NCBI GenBank assembly: GCA_943704415.1
Contig: CALSCO010000261.1
Span: forward strand, 1-44,174
Origin: Parvularia atlantis
Taxonomy: Eukaryota
Direction: 5' to 3'
DNA: 44,174 nt
Positions 11,474 through 22,487 of the stretch are shown here, one piece after another. Numbering within the stretch: position 1 is the stretch's first letter; each line of letters opens with the position of its first letter. A program made the translations under genes and the position numbers. The notes beneath the pieces were generated by a model. That model ran no database searches. It saw nothing but the letters and a program-made list of their open reading frames with translations, and had not been told where the DNA came from.

Positions 11474-13403
11474 TCAAGCGGCCGCGAGCTCGACGTCGCC
11501 GTACTTGCGGTGGTCGAGCAGGACGAGGTCGCGCATGAGCAGCGGCACGATCACGGCCGAGGCCGAGTAGAGGGCGCCGACAAACTGCCACGGGCTTTTG
11601 CAGCGAAAGACGGCGTAGCCGGCCACCGTGAAGAAGTGCCGCACGAGCCACAGCGGCGACGGGTTGAGGCCCGACAGGAGCCCAAGGCTGCGCGCGTCGT
11701 CAGGCCGCCGGCGCCGCAGACACACGAGGCGTGGGCAGGAACGCACCAGTGCGTGCCGTACTTGGGGAAGTAGTCGAAGCAGGCCTGCTGCACCGGTGCC
11801 AACCCCGGGTTGACGCTGCCGCCGCAGAACACGTCGTACAGCGCCTGGGGTGCCGCGCGTGTGAGTCTCACCCGGTCCCTCAGACGCCGCACGCACGCAC
11901 CTGCGACAGGATGTTGATCGTCGACGCCGTGTTGCGCCGCTCGTCGTACAGCTGCTTGACGGTGTCGAACACGAGCGCGCGGTCCGAAAGGTTGGGCACG
12001 CGTCGCAGCTGCACGACGGGACGGTGAGCGTGGACGCGCGCAGTGCGGGCGGCGCGCACCAGCTTGGCCAGGTGCACGACGTCTGTGAGGGCCACGGTCA
12101 TGCCGCCGCCCGTGAGCGGGTGCCGCATGTTGAGCGAGTCGCCGAGGGCGAGCGCGCCCGGTCGCCGCACGGCCGCCGTGGGCAGGATCTGGCACGGCAC
12201 GGAGCGCAGGCGCTGCGCGGGGTGGCGTGAGCATGCAAGCCGGCAGGGGCAGACGGGCACGATGCGCACCTCTTCGGCCGCGATCCGGAACGGCTCCTGG
12301 AAAAACTCGGGCAGCTGCGGTAAGACGGTCTCGAGCAGGTGCTGCTTGAGGTCGCCCTTCGAGACGGACGGGAGCGGGTCGGGCACGTTGACGAGGACGC
12401 GCACCTGGCCAGCGCGAGGGGTGAGCCAATCGCCCCTGTTTTGCGGTGGGCGCGCGCACCTCGCCGGTCGCGATCTCATAGCAGAGCACGGGCGCGGGGC
12501 GGGCCATGAGCACGTAGGCGTACTTGCTGTACGGCAGCGGCACGTTGCGCATGAGCAGCGCGACAAAGTGCGACGAGTACGACGGCGTGGCGGTTGACAG
12601 GCGCTTGCGCAGCTTGCTAAAGCAGCCGGTGCAGTCGACCGTGAGTGGCGCCTCCACGCGCTGCGCCGTGCCTCGATTAGCGCGCGCGGGATGCGCACAC
12701 ATGGCGTGCGCACCACGACGACGTCCGCGCCGCTCGCATCCTTGGTGCGGTAGACGACGCCGAGCACCGCGTCGTCCTGCTCAATGAGCTCGAGCACGGT
12801 GCCCTCGACGATCGTCACACTGCGTGTCGCGCGGGTGAGGCGCGACGCAGGAGCGGCGGCAGGGTAGCGGGGGGAGCGCACTTGGGCTGGGCACGCGCCG
12901 CGGCGCGCAGACGCGTCACGAAGCGCCCGTGGTGGAAGCTGCGGCCGGCGGCGGGCTGCAGCTTGGCCGCGGTGAGCACGTCGGCGTTCTCCCACGGCGG
13001 GTAGTCGATCGGGACGTGCTCGTGGCGGGGCAGTCCGGCCGCGGCGCGCGCCTTCTGGCCGTCGATGTCGTCGGGCGTGACGGCCTCCTTGTAGACGACG
13101 TAGCCCTGGCACTCGCGCGCGTCGATCCGGTTGACGCAGTCTGGCGCGTCCGCGTCAGCCGCTGCGCGGGCGAGCGGGCCGGCGCGCCGCACCACCGAGG
13201 CCGAGCTCCTGCAGCTTGAGCAGGCCGCCGGGCTGCAGCAGCTCGCCGCGGAACGTGTCGGGCTCGGTCAGGTCGCGCTCGACGAGGAGCACACGGCGGC
13301 CGTCGGCGGCGAGGGCGTGCGCGAGCGACGCGCCGGCGATGCCCGCGCCGAGCACGACGACCTCGGGCGCAGGCGCGGCAGGCGCGGCGGGCGCGGGGGC
13401 CAT
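11474..13403 (-). CDS. SQLE: Squalene monooxygenase (squalene epoxidase), multi-exon
   Basis: FAD motif VVVLGAGIAG, ERDLTEPDTFRGELLQPGG, GRSFHHGRF, DCTGCFSKLRK, LGDSLNMRHPLTGGGMTVAL, INILSQALY, LVRHFFTVA. Confidence 0.96.
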
Positions 13404-13590
13404 GAGTGTGAACGGCAGTGCGGCGTCATTCGCGGCGGCGGCGGCGGTCCCCTCGGGCCCGGTCAGGCCACTCGCCGCGCAGCCAATCAGCGCGTGTCTG
13501 GGAGGATAGCGCTGTGTACGTCACGCTTGAACTTCAATATCAATGGGCATACATATCCTACTTTTGTGCTTCACAGCGCGCTCATTGGCA

Positions 13591-14843
13591 ATGCGAAGGC
13601 GTACGAGGAGGTTCCTGCCCGTCCAGCTCTCGCCGCGCGCGCCCGTCTACGAGGTGCGCGCGGCCCCGCACAGCGCGGCTCGGCCTCACCACGCGCTCGT
13701 CACGTGCGAGCGGCAGCCGCTCGGCGCGTACCTGCAGCTCGTGCGCTCGCTGCGCGACACGGGCTTCGCCACCGGCGCCGAAACGGCCATGCCGCCGGCG
13801 CTGATCGGTCAGCCCCGGCGCCCCCCACGCCCGGTGCGCACGGTGCTCACGTGACGCGCGCGGCGCAGACATCACCGCGGCGCTCATCGCGACGCTCGTG
13901 GCCGTGCCCGGCGTGCTCGAGCGGCCGGAGGACGCCGTCGTGTTCACCAACTTTGTCAAGCGCGTGCTCCGCCGCTCTGACGTGTCGTGCTCGGCGCTGC
14001 TGCTCGCCGTCTTCTACCTCAACCGCCTGCGCCCGGCCGCGCCGCTCACGCTCAGCGCGTCGGACGGCACGGGCTGCGCCGAGTTTCTCGCCGCCGTCGT
14101 CATCGCCGACAAGGTGGCTGCTGCTATTTGCGGAGTGTCCGGGCGCTCACGAGTGCGCTCGCCCGCCGCAGTACATCGACGACGCGGCCTACGCCAACGT
14201 GTTCTGGGCGCGCATGAACGGGCGCTACTCGCTCGCGCAGATCAACAGCCTCGAGCGCGAGTTCCTCGGCCTGCTCGAGTACGACCTCTTCGTGTCCGAC
14301 CACGACTACGACCGCTTCCTCTCGCGCCTCGAGCTGCATCTCGCCCTGCGGCAGGTCGCGCGGCGGCGCATCCTCACCTACGCCGACCTCTGCGTCATTC
14401 TCGCGTCGCTTTGGGTGCTCCCGCTGCCCTGGGCAGCCCCGCCGGCCAAGGACGCGCCGCCGCCACGGGGCAGCGACGAGCAGGCGCCGGCCAAGACGGT
14501 CAACGATGTGGCACCGGGGCCGCGGCCGGGGCTGGGGCCGCTGCACGCGCTCTGGACGTGGCTCTTCGTACCGGTCGTGCGCTTCATCACGGCGCAGGGC
14601 ACGGACGACGACGCGGCCACGCGGCAGCTCAGCATGGCCGTGCTTGTCACGCGCGTGCTCTTCCGCCTGTGCCTGGCCTACTGCGCCGCGCTTGGGACCA
14701 TGTACGTGCTCGCGCAGGCGGCCGCGGCGGTCGTCGCGCAGCGCTGGCTGGCCGCGTACCTCTCCAGCGCCGCTGCGTGCTCCCTGCCGCAGACGGCCGC
14801 CCTCGCCCTCACCGACCCAGACGTCGTCTCTGCCTGCGCATGA
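13591..14843 (+). CDS. CNPPD1: Pho80/Pcl-family cyclin with C-terminal hydrophobic helix (CNPPD1-like), 2 introns
   Basis: VSCSALLLAVFYLNRL, FLAAVVIADKYIDDAAYANVFWA, INSLEREFLGLLEYDLFV, then the LTYADLCVIL motif and hydrophobic LCLAYCAALGTMYVLA, as in CNPPD1. Confidence 0.8.
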
Positions 14844-14926
14844 TCGCTTGTGTTTGTGATGAGAAAGATGCTGCTTAGCGCGTGACACAAAGTGGGAGGT
14901 TATGGTCCGATCGCGCTACCGCCAGC

Positions 14927-17642
14927 TCACTTGGCGCCGAGCGCCTCCTCTACCTGCTGCGTGAGCACGTGCACGCGCATGCGCAGCCGGCCTTGGTTGG
15001 AGTAGTGATCGTACTTGCTGATCGCCAGCGCCAGCTGCTCCTTCGCCGCGGACCACTGCTGCCGCTCCATGAGCACCCTGCCGCGGGCCGTCAGCCGCCT
15101 TCTCCCCGTGCCCCTGCCGCGACGCACTTGGCGTGCTCCATGCGCGCGTACGGCGCGATGTAGTGGTCGAGCGTCAGCGCCGCCTCGGCCGACAGCAGCT
15201 CGTTGAACGACGCCTCGGCGCCGGCCAGGTCCTGCCGCCACACCTCAGCAAGCCGCTCGCCCGCAAGGCGCACCACGTGCGTGCCTTCATCTCGCGCTGG
15301 ATCGTGCCCTGCAGCAGCAGCGCCAGGCAAAAGTCGTCCGCCAGGTGCGTCGTCGCGTCCTTGGAGCTCTTGCGCGAGCCCTTGACCTCGAGGAACGGGC
15401 ACGTCTTGCTGATTGCGCGGTCGCCGGCGGCACACGTCAGCGCCGCGCCGTGTCCATGCGCAAGGGCGCACCTCTCCTCGCGCAGACGATCAGCCTCCTT
15501 CTTGACCATGTCGAGCGCGGTGGCGCTGCTGGGGCCGAGCAGGCGCGAGAAGCCCCAGGCGTACATGAGCTCGAACGCGGGCAGGAGCAGCTTGCGGCCC
15601 TACCGCGTCGCGTCGCGTCAGAGACCACTCTGCTGAATTCGCCTGGCGCACCTGCATCTGATACTTGCGCGCCTTGCGGATCACAAACTTCTCGACGGCG
15701 AGCGACTTGCCGCCGAGCTTCTGCTTGTACGTGGGCACCTGGGCACGCACGTCAGCCTGTGCCGGCGGGCAAGGACGGGCACGCGGGGACCTTCTGCATC
15801 AGCTCGTTGACCGTCTCGCTATCGCCCTTCATCAGCAGCAGCGCCGCCTGGAGGTAGGCGTAGACGGCCTTGGACCACCTGCGGCAGTTGCGCGCCCAGC
15901 TCAGCTCACTGGCGCGCAGCGTGCCGCCGCTCGCCAGCGCACTTGTTCTCCTTCAGCAGCCGGTTGGCGTACGACGCCGCCTGCTCCCACTGCAGCAAGA
16001 AACAGTGGCACCTGCGCACGCGTGCGGCTGAGCCTGGCTGCGCTCGCGTGAGGGGCCTGCAACCACGCACCACGCGAGCTCCCAGTAGCAGATGTGGTGC
16101 AGCTGCTGCCACTGCAGCTTGGAGGCGATGGCCTTCTCGAAGGCGACGACCGCGTCGGCCGGGTTCTTCTTCGTCTCAAACATCTTGCCCTGCACCGGAT
16201 GTCAGCGGGTCCGCGGCGCGAGCAAGCGGCGCGCGGCACCTGGAAGTACAGGATCAGAGCGCCAGTCGGGTACTGCTTGATGAGCGACTGCAGGATGCGG
16301 TCGGCAGCGTCGATGTCGACGTGGTCCAGCTCGAGGAACGAGCCGAGGACAAGGTGGTACAGCAGCGCGACAAGCTGCGGGTGAGAGCGCGTCAGCCGCG
16401 GCAGCCGTCCCACCGCCGCGGCGGTGCACCTTGCACAGCGGCGAGCGCAGGCCGCTCGAGTCGCAGCCGTCGTACAGCAGCTGCAGACCGACGTCACGCG
16501 ACGCGCTGAAGCCGACAAACTCAATGATCTTGAGCAGCTTGGCCGGCATGAGCGACAGCAGCAGGTTGAAACCGCCCGCGCCGAGGCTGACGCCTGTCGA
16601 TGCGGCTGAGCACACGGCGGCCCAGGCGTAGCAGGTGCGGGCGCACCCGACGTGAAGTGCGGCGCCGTGGCCATCGCCGAGAACGCGTCGGTCTTGTCGC
16701 CCTGTGTGCGCGCGTGCGCGTCAGCGAGGGCGAGCGGGGCGCGGGCAGGGCGTGTGCCTTGGCGCCCTCCTCCTTCCACAGAGCGTGGCAGTTGCGGAAG
16801 GTGAACCAGGACGTGCGGATGTTGACGCCGCTCTTGATCAGGCTCATGAAGCCCTCGTCGTTGAGCACGGAGATGCACGCCTGTGGACACCTGTCGATAT
16901 CAGTGCTCGTCGGGCACGGGCGCCATCGCCGCGCGCGCCTTGAGGAAGACCGACTCGGCATAGATCAGCTCCGCGTGCAGCTGGTTCTTAGTCATCGAGC
17001 GCAGGTTGCTCCCGCTGCCCTTGACCTGCGTGGTGCGGTGCGCAGCGCCTCAGCAGCTGCGCCCGTGCCGTCACAGCGCACGCGAGCGAGCGCACGAGGC
17101 TAGCGAGCGAGCCCAGGATCGACTGCCGGCGCCGATAGATGTTGGCCAGCGCGACCGTGTTCTTGAGCTCGGTATAGGCGCTCTGGATGTCTTCCTGCGC
17201 GCGTCGTGCGGCACGGGCCTCAGCCCGATGCGCGCGAGGCGGCGCGAGGCGCGCAAACGCACGCTCTCCATCGTCATCACCGCGCGTACGCTCAGGATGG
17301 TCGAGTAGCCGAGTGAGTGGTACAGCGACTTGCTGGCCTTGGCCTGGAACAGCGCCTGGGCCTCGAGGAAGTTGTTGTTGAGGAACAGGTCCTCGCCCAG
17401 CTTGACGCTGCGGCGCCGCGGGGGGGTGTGAGGCGCGAGATCCGGTCGGCGATCTGCGCGCCGCACTCCTCGATCGTGCGGTCGCTCGTCACCTCCTCGT
17501 CCACGAGCAGGCCGCTCTCGTCCACCTGCGGCGCATCGTCCTCGGCCTCGGCCTCGGGCGCGTCCTCGAAGCGCTCGTCCTCCTCGTCCGACACGTCGGC
17601 GGGCGGCGCGGCGGCCGCAGCGGCGGGCGACTCGACGCTCAT
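14927..17642 (-). CDS. TTC39: TTC39/Iml2-family TPR protein, multi-exon
   Basis: LFLNNNFLEA, SLYHSLGYSTI, HAELIYAE, FMSLIKSGVNIRTSW, GGFNLLLSLMPAKLLKIIEFVGF..RDVGL, QLHHICYWEL, KWSKAVYAY, GKSLAVEKFVIRKARKY, DHYIAPYA, LRMRVH. Confidence 0.9.
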
Positions 17643-17695
17643 GGCCACGTGCCCCTCAAGTAAAACCACAACAGTGACACGCCGCCATATTGGCC

Positions 17696-19846
17696 ATGTT
17701 TGGCCGGGCAAGGCGGCCTTCGGCGCCGCCGACGCCGACGCCGACGTCGCCCGCCACGCCCACGACGCCCGGCAGCGCGCGCGCCGCCAGCTCCGACGGC
17801 CGATCGAGCGGCGAGCAGGCGCGCCCGGGCGTCGCCGAGGCCGAGCTGGGCGGCGTGCTGCGGCCGTCGGTCGATGGCACGTTTGTGGGCGAGCGCCAGA
17901 GCTCGCTGCGGCACGGCGTCGGGCTGCAGGTGCGTGCTGCTGTGCGGCGTGTGGGTGCACGGGTGCAGACGGCCGATGAGGACGCGCGATACGCAGACGA
18001 CCGTCGTCGGCAAGGGCGTCAAGCGCTGGTTCGCGGGCGAGTGGGTCAAGGGTGCGTCGCGCGCGAGGTGCGCGCGACCGCGGCCGCTGACGCGCAGGCG
18101 CCAGACGTCATGCACGGCAACGGCGTGTTCGACTCGGGCGCGGGCACGCGCTACGCCGGCCAGTTTGTCGGCGGCCAGCCGCACGGCTTTGGCGCGCTCA
18201 CGAGCGGCACGACCGTCTACTACGGCGCGTTTGTCGACGGCCGGCGGCACGGCTTTGCGGTGCAGCGCGAGCGGCGGTCGCGCGGCGGCGGCGAGATCGT
18301 CGACACGGTTGAGTACCGCGACGATGAGCTCGTGCGGCGCGGCGTGCGCGAGGCCGACGCCATGGCCCGCGCTACAACGGTGGAGCAGGCCGCGCGCCGC
18401 GAGGCAGTCCGGGCCGAGTACCTGTCGTCGCGCGCGCAGGGGCACGACATGGCGGAGCAAGTACGCTGTACCATGGCGCCGCACCGCCGCGGGCTGCTGA
18501 TGCAAACGTGTGCCGCACAGAGCGAGCTGCTGCGGCCGCTCGCGTCGCGTTCGCTCTACCACGACAGCCTCTCGGCGGCGTCGTTTAACATGTGCGTGCG
18601 CGCTCTCTGCTGTTTTTGCTGCACCCCGGTCGGCACTGAACATGCGCACTCTTCTGCCCGTGGGTGCTCGTGTCAAAACCCGGCCAAGATCTCCCGCCGT
18701 TTCTCTCCTGCCGCTCTTTCCTCCCGTCTGCCGCGTTGCGCGCTCACCCGCACCGCGCAGCCTCGGCAAGGACACTACCAACAGCCGCACCACCGTCACG
18801 CTCGTCGTGCGCGACCTGATCGGGCGCCAGGCGGCCGTGCTGCTCTCGCGCGCGACGCCGGTGGAGGCGCTGCTGCGGCCGTTCCTGGAGCCGCTCGGCC
18901 TGCCCCTCACGATGTTCACGGCGAGCCTGAGCGGCGAGGTGATGGACCCGGCGCTGACCGTGGGCCAGTACGGCGTCGAGGACTGGTCCGTGCTCGTAAT
19001 CTGCCTGCGGCCGACGTGGCTGCTGGCCGGGCGCACGCAGGTTCGCCACGCCGCGCGCAATGTGAGCACCGGTCGGCTCACGCGCGTGCACAGGGCCTCG
19101 GTCTCGCCAAGCTGAGCCTGCCGCGCGGTTTTGTGTACCGTGGTCAGGTGCAGCGGCGCCCCGACACAGGCGTCGAGGTTCGGCCGATGCGCGGGGGCGC
19201 GCCGCTGTGTCTAACGCTTGCACGCGCAGATCCCGCACGGCTGGGGCGTGCTTGTGGACTCGACGGGCTTTCTCATTCAGGGCCACTTTGACAACGGGCG
19301 GGTGCGCGCGTGCGACCGGGTCATTGCCCTGGCTGACAGCCGGCGACCAGCTTCACGGCACGTGCGTCGTCGTCGAGGCCGACAAGAGCTCATACCTCGG
19401 CCGCAAGATCGGCGACAAGCGCGACGGCTACGGCGTGTGGACGAGCGCGACGTGCGCGCGGCCCTACGCGGCGTGGGCGGCTCTGACACGCCCCGGCGCA
19501 CAGCGCGGCCAAGTACGAGGGCGAGTTCCGCAACGACGCGTTTGACGGCTACGGCGTCTTCACGGGCACAAAGGGCAAGCTCGCGTCGCAGTTTGCCGAC
19601 GGGCAGCCGGCCGCGTCGAAGCGTGCGTGCCGAGCGTGCGGCCCTGTTCGCGCCCGTTGACGGGGCGATTGGCGCGCAGGCCTCGACAAGGCGCAGACGG
19701 AGGAGCTCGCCGCTGTCGCCGCGCAGCGCGCGCAGGACGTCGCGGCCACGGCCAAGATCGCCGTGCGGCTGGCGCAAACCGCGGCCGAGAGCGTCGGGCA
19801 GGACCCGGCCGTGCTTGCGCTGAGCTCGCTCACGCTCGGCCTTTAA
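17696..19846 (+). CDS. MORN-repeat protein with a central ubiquitin-like domain, multi-exon
   Basis: MORN repeats YAGQFVGGQPHGFG, YYGAFVDGRRHGFA, YLGRKIGDKRDGYG, YEGEFRNDAFDGYG. Ubl-like VTLVVRDLIGRQ..MDPALTVGQYGVEDWSVLVICLR. Stop TAA 19844-19846. Confidence 0.75.
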
Positions 19847-19882
19847 AAATTCATACACTTGTTCTTGTTGCTTGCGGACGGT

Positions 19883-20712
19883 TCACGCGCCCTTTCTCCG
19901 CTTGCCACGGTCCTCGTCCTGCGCCGGTCGACGTGAGCGAGCGCACCCGAGCGCCCGGGCGCCCGGCATGTCGCCGCGCACCTGCTTCTGCTGCTCCTCC
20001 TGCGCGCGTGCACGCTTCGCTGCCTCGGCGGGGTCGATCACGCCATTGACCCACGTCCCGTTGGCGTCGCCGGCTGCGCGGTTCTTCTCGTGCTCCTGCA
20101 CAAGCGCAAGTGAGCTGCCGTCGCGTCTGGCAGCGGCACGCGCGCGCCACCTTGGCGATTAGCTCGGGCGACCCGCGCCAGCCGAGGTACCGCCTGAGGT
20201 CGCGGCTGCCGAGCATGCGCATCGTCTTGACGCGGAGCAGCGTCGTGCTCTGCGGCCGTCGCTGCGTGAGCGCGCCTACAGCCGCGCCGTCCGCACAACG
20301 CACGCGCTCCGGCAGCAGCTCGCGCCGCATGTCGTCAAACTTGCCGACGCCAAAGCGCTGGATGCCCTGCTGCAGCCGCGCCGTGTCGTCGTCCGTCCAC
20401 GGCTGGTCGTCCTGGCGGATGCGCACACTGCGGCCGCCCGGTCAGTGTCCCCCCCCCCCCCCGCGCACGCCCCGATCCGGCCGTCCGTGCCGTGCCTGAA
20501 GTAGTCGCGGTTGATGCTCCCGTCGGGCCGGATCATCACGCTCGTCTCGGGGAAGGCGTCGCGCGGGCAAAACTGCCGGCGCAGCTCGCGCACACGCTCC
20601 TGCGTGTCGTCCGTGAGCCAATCGGCCGCCGCCGCAGCCCGCTCGCCCGCCTGCCCGCCGCGCGCACCTGCTTCCTCAGATCGAGCTTTGTGGGCGACGT
20701 CGGCTCATCCAT
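19883..20712 (-). CDS. Myb/homeodomain-like protein, homologue of the p1 subunit of the MTA1 (AMT1) DNA 6mA methyltransferase complex
   Basis: Spliced product contains RRQFCPRDAFPETSVMIRPDGSINRDYFR, WTDDDTARLQQGIQRFGVGKFDDMRRELLP, STTLLRVKTMRMLGSRDLRRYLGWRG, EHEKNRAAGDANGTWVNGV. Matches my recollection of ciliate and early-diverging-fungal p1. Confidence 0.72.
20449..20462 (+). repeat. C14 homopolymer (G14 in the pre-mRNA) inside an intron of the p1-like gene
   Basis: Directly visible run of 14 C. Confidence 0.9.
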
Positions 20713-20819
20713 CACGCTGTGCTTGGAAGGACAAAGGCTGACTGCATGGCAAGCAAAACCCGAGGACACGGCGCATCGCAGCATTTCTTGCAGGACACCC
20801 ATCTCGTGACCCCCACACG

Positions 20820-22419
20820 ATGCGCGCCTTCGCCGTCGTCGCCCTCGTCCTGGCCGCGCTGGCCGCCGTCGCGCTCGCGGTGCGCCCCCGCCCGTGCACC
20901 ACGCGCCGCGCGCACGTTCACCCGCGCTCACCGGCGGCGTGCGGCACAGGACGAGACCAACGCGGACCAGCAGCCGCGCCGCCTGATCGAGCTGCAGCGC
21001 GACGTGCGCGTGTGGATGACCGAGGCCGAGGTGCTCTCGCTCATCACCAAGAACGTCGGCTTCATCGACGTGACCGACCACCCGGACCTCGGCACGACGC
21101 TCAAGGCGCGCCAGCAGCGCATCGGTGCGGCCGGCCTGCGCTCACCCTTTTGTTCTCACGCGCACGCGCGGCCCACGCACCAGCCATCCCGACCGCGCCC
21201 ACGCAGCAGGCCCGCGTCAACACGCTCATCCAGACGCTTGACATTGACAACGTGAAGGACAACCTCAACACGTTCACGTCGTTCAACAACCGCTACTACA
21301 CGTCGACCTCGGGCGAGCAGTCGGCCAACTGGCTCTTCCAGGCACGCTTGCGGCGCCGCCTCGCCGTGCGCGTGCTGACCGGCCCGCGCCAGATGGTCAA
21401 GTCGTACGCTGCCAACCGCACCGACGTCTCCGTGACCCAGGTGACCCACAGCTGGCTGCAAAAGTCGGTCCGCGCGCGCATCCAGGGCACGTCGTCGCGC
21501 CGCGACATTGTCGGTGCGCGCTCGCAACGCTCCCGAGCGAGCCGCGCTGACCGCTGCATGACGCAGTCATCGGTGCGCACCAGGACTCGGTCAACAGCCT
21601 GTCGCCGGTCAACGGCCGCGCGCCCGGCGCCGACGACGATGGGTGGCGGCGCAAACACACACAACACGAAGGAGGAATCTGACGCACGCTCTCACGCGCG
21701 CGCGCGCGCACAGCTCGGGCTCGATGACCATCCTCGAGATCTTCGCCAACCTCATGCGCACGGGCTTCCGCCCGGAGCTGACGGTCGAGTTCCAGTGGTA
21801 CTCGGCGGAGGAGGTCGGCCTGCGCGGCAGCGCCGACATCGTCGCGGACATCGTCGCGGACGGCATCGAGGTGCGCGCGATGATGCAGATTGACATGGAC
21901 GGTGCGTGCACGCGTGCGCGTGGTGACCGGCCCCGCCTGACACGCCCGCACGCGCACAGGCTACGACGTCAAGGCCAAGGAGATCGCCATCATCACCGAC
22001 TACACCGACACGACGCTCAACAACTTTGTCAAGCTGCTGGTGGACGAGTACTGTGCGTGGCACGCCCGCGCGCGGCCGTGGCGCGCCGGCGCCTGACGCT
22101 GCGTCTGCTCGCAGGCACGATCCCGTGGGTCACGTCGGTGTGCGGCTACGGTGCGCGCCCGCCGCCGCCGTCGCTGTCGTGAGCGCGTCAAGCTCACACC
22201 CCGACGTGTGTGCGTGCCCCCCTCGCAGGCTGCAGCGACCACGCCAGCTTCAACCGCGCGGGCTTCCCGTCGTGCTTCCCCTTCGAGCAGCAGTTCAGCA
22301 ACATCAACCCGTACATCCACACGGCCAACGACGACCTGCGCTACATCTCGTTCGAGCACATCACCGAGTGGCTGCGCCTCGGCACAGGCTTCGTGGTCGA
22401 GCTGTCGACCAACAACTAA
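20820..22419 (+). CDS. Secreted M28 leucyl aminopeptidase with propeptide, multi-exon
   Basis: Signal peptide [83 protein letters not shown]. Confidence 0.93.
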
Positions 22420-22487
22420 GCGAACAGCGAGAGGCGACCGCTCACGGTGTCCCTGCTGACATTGAACGAGCGCACTTTCCACGGCAC

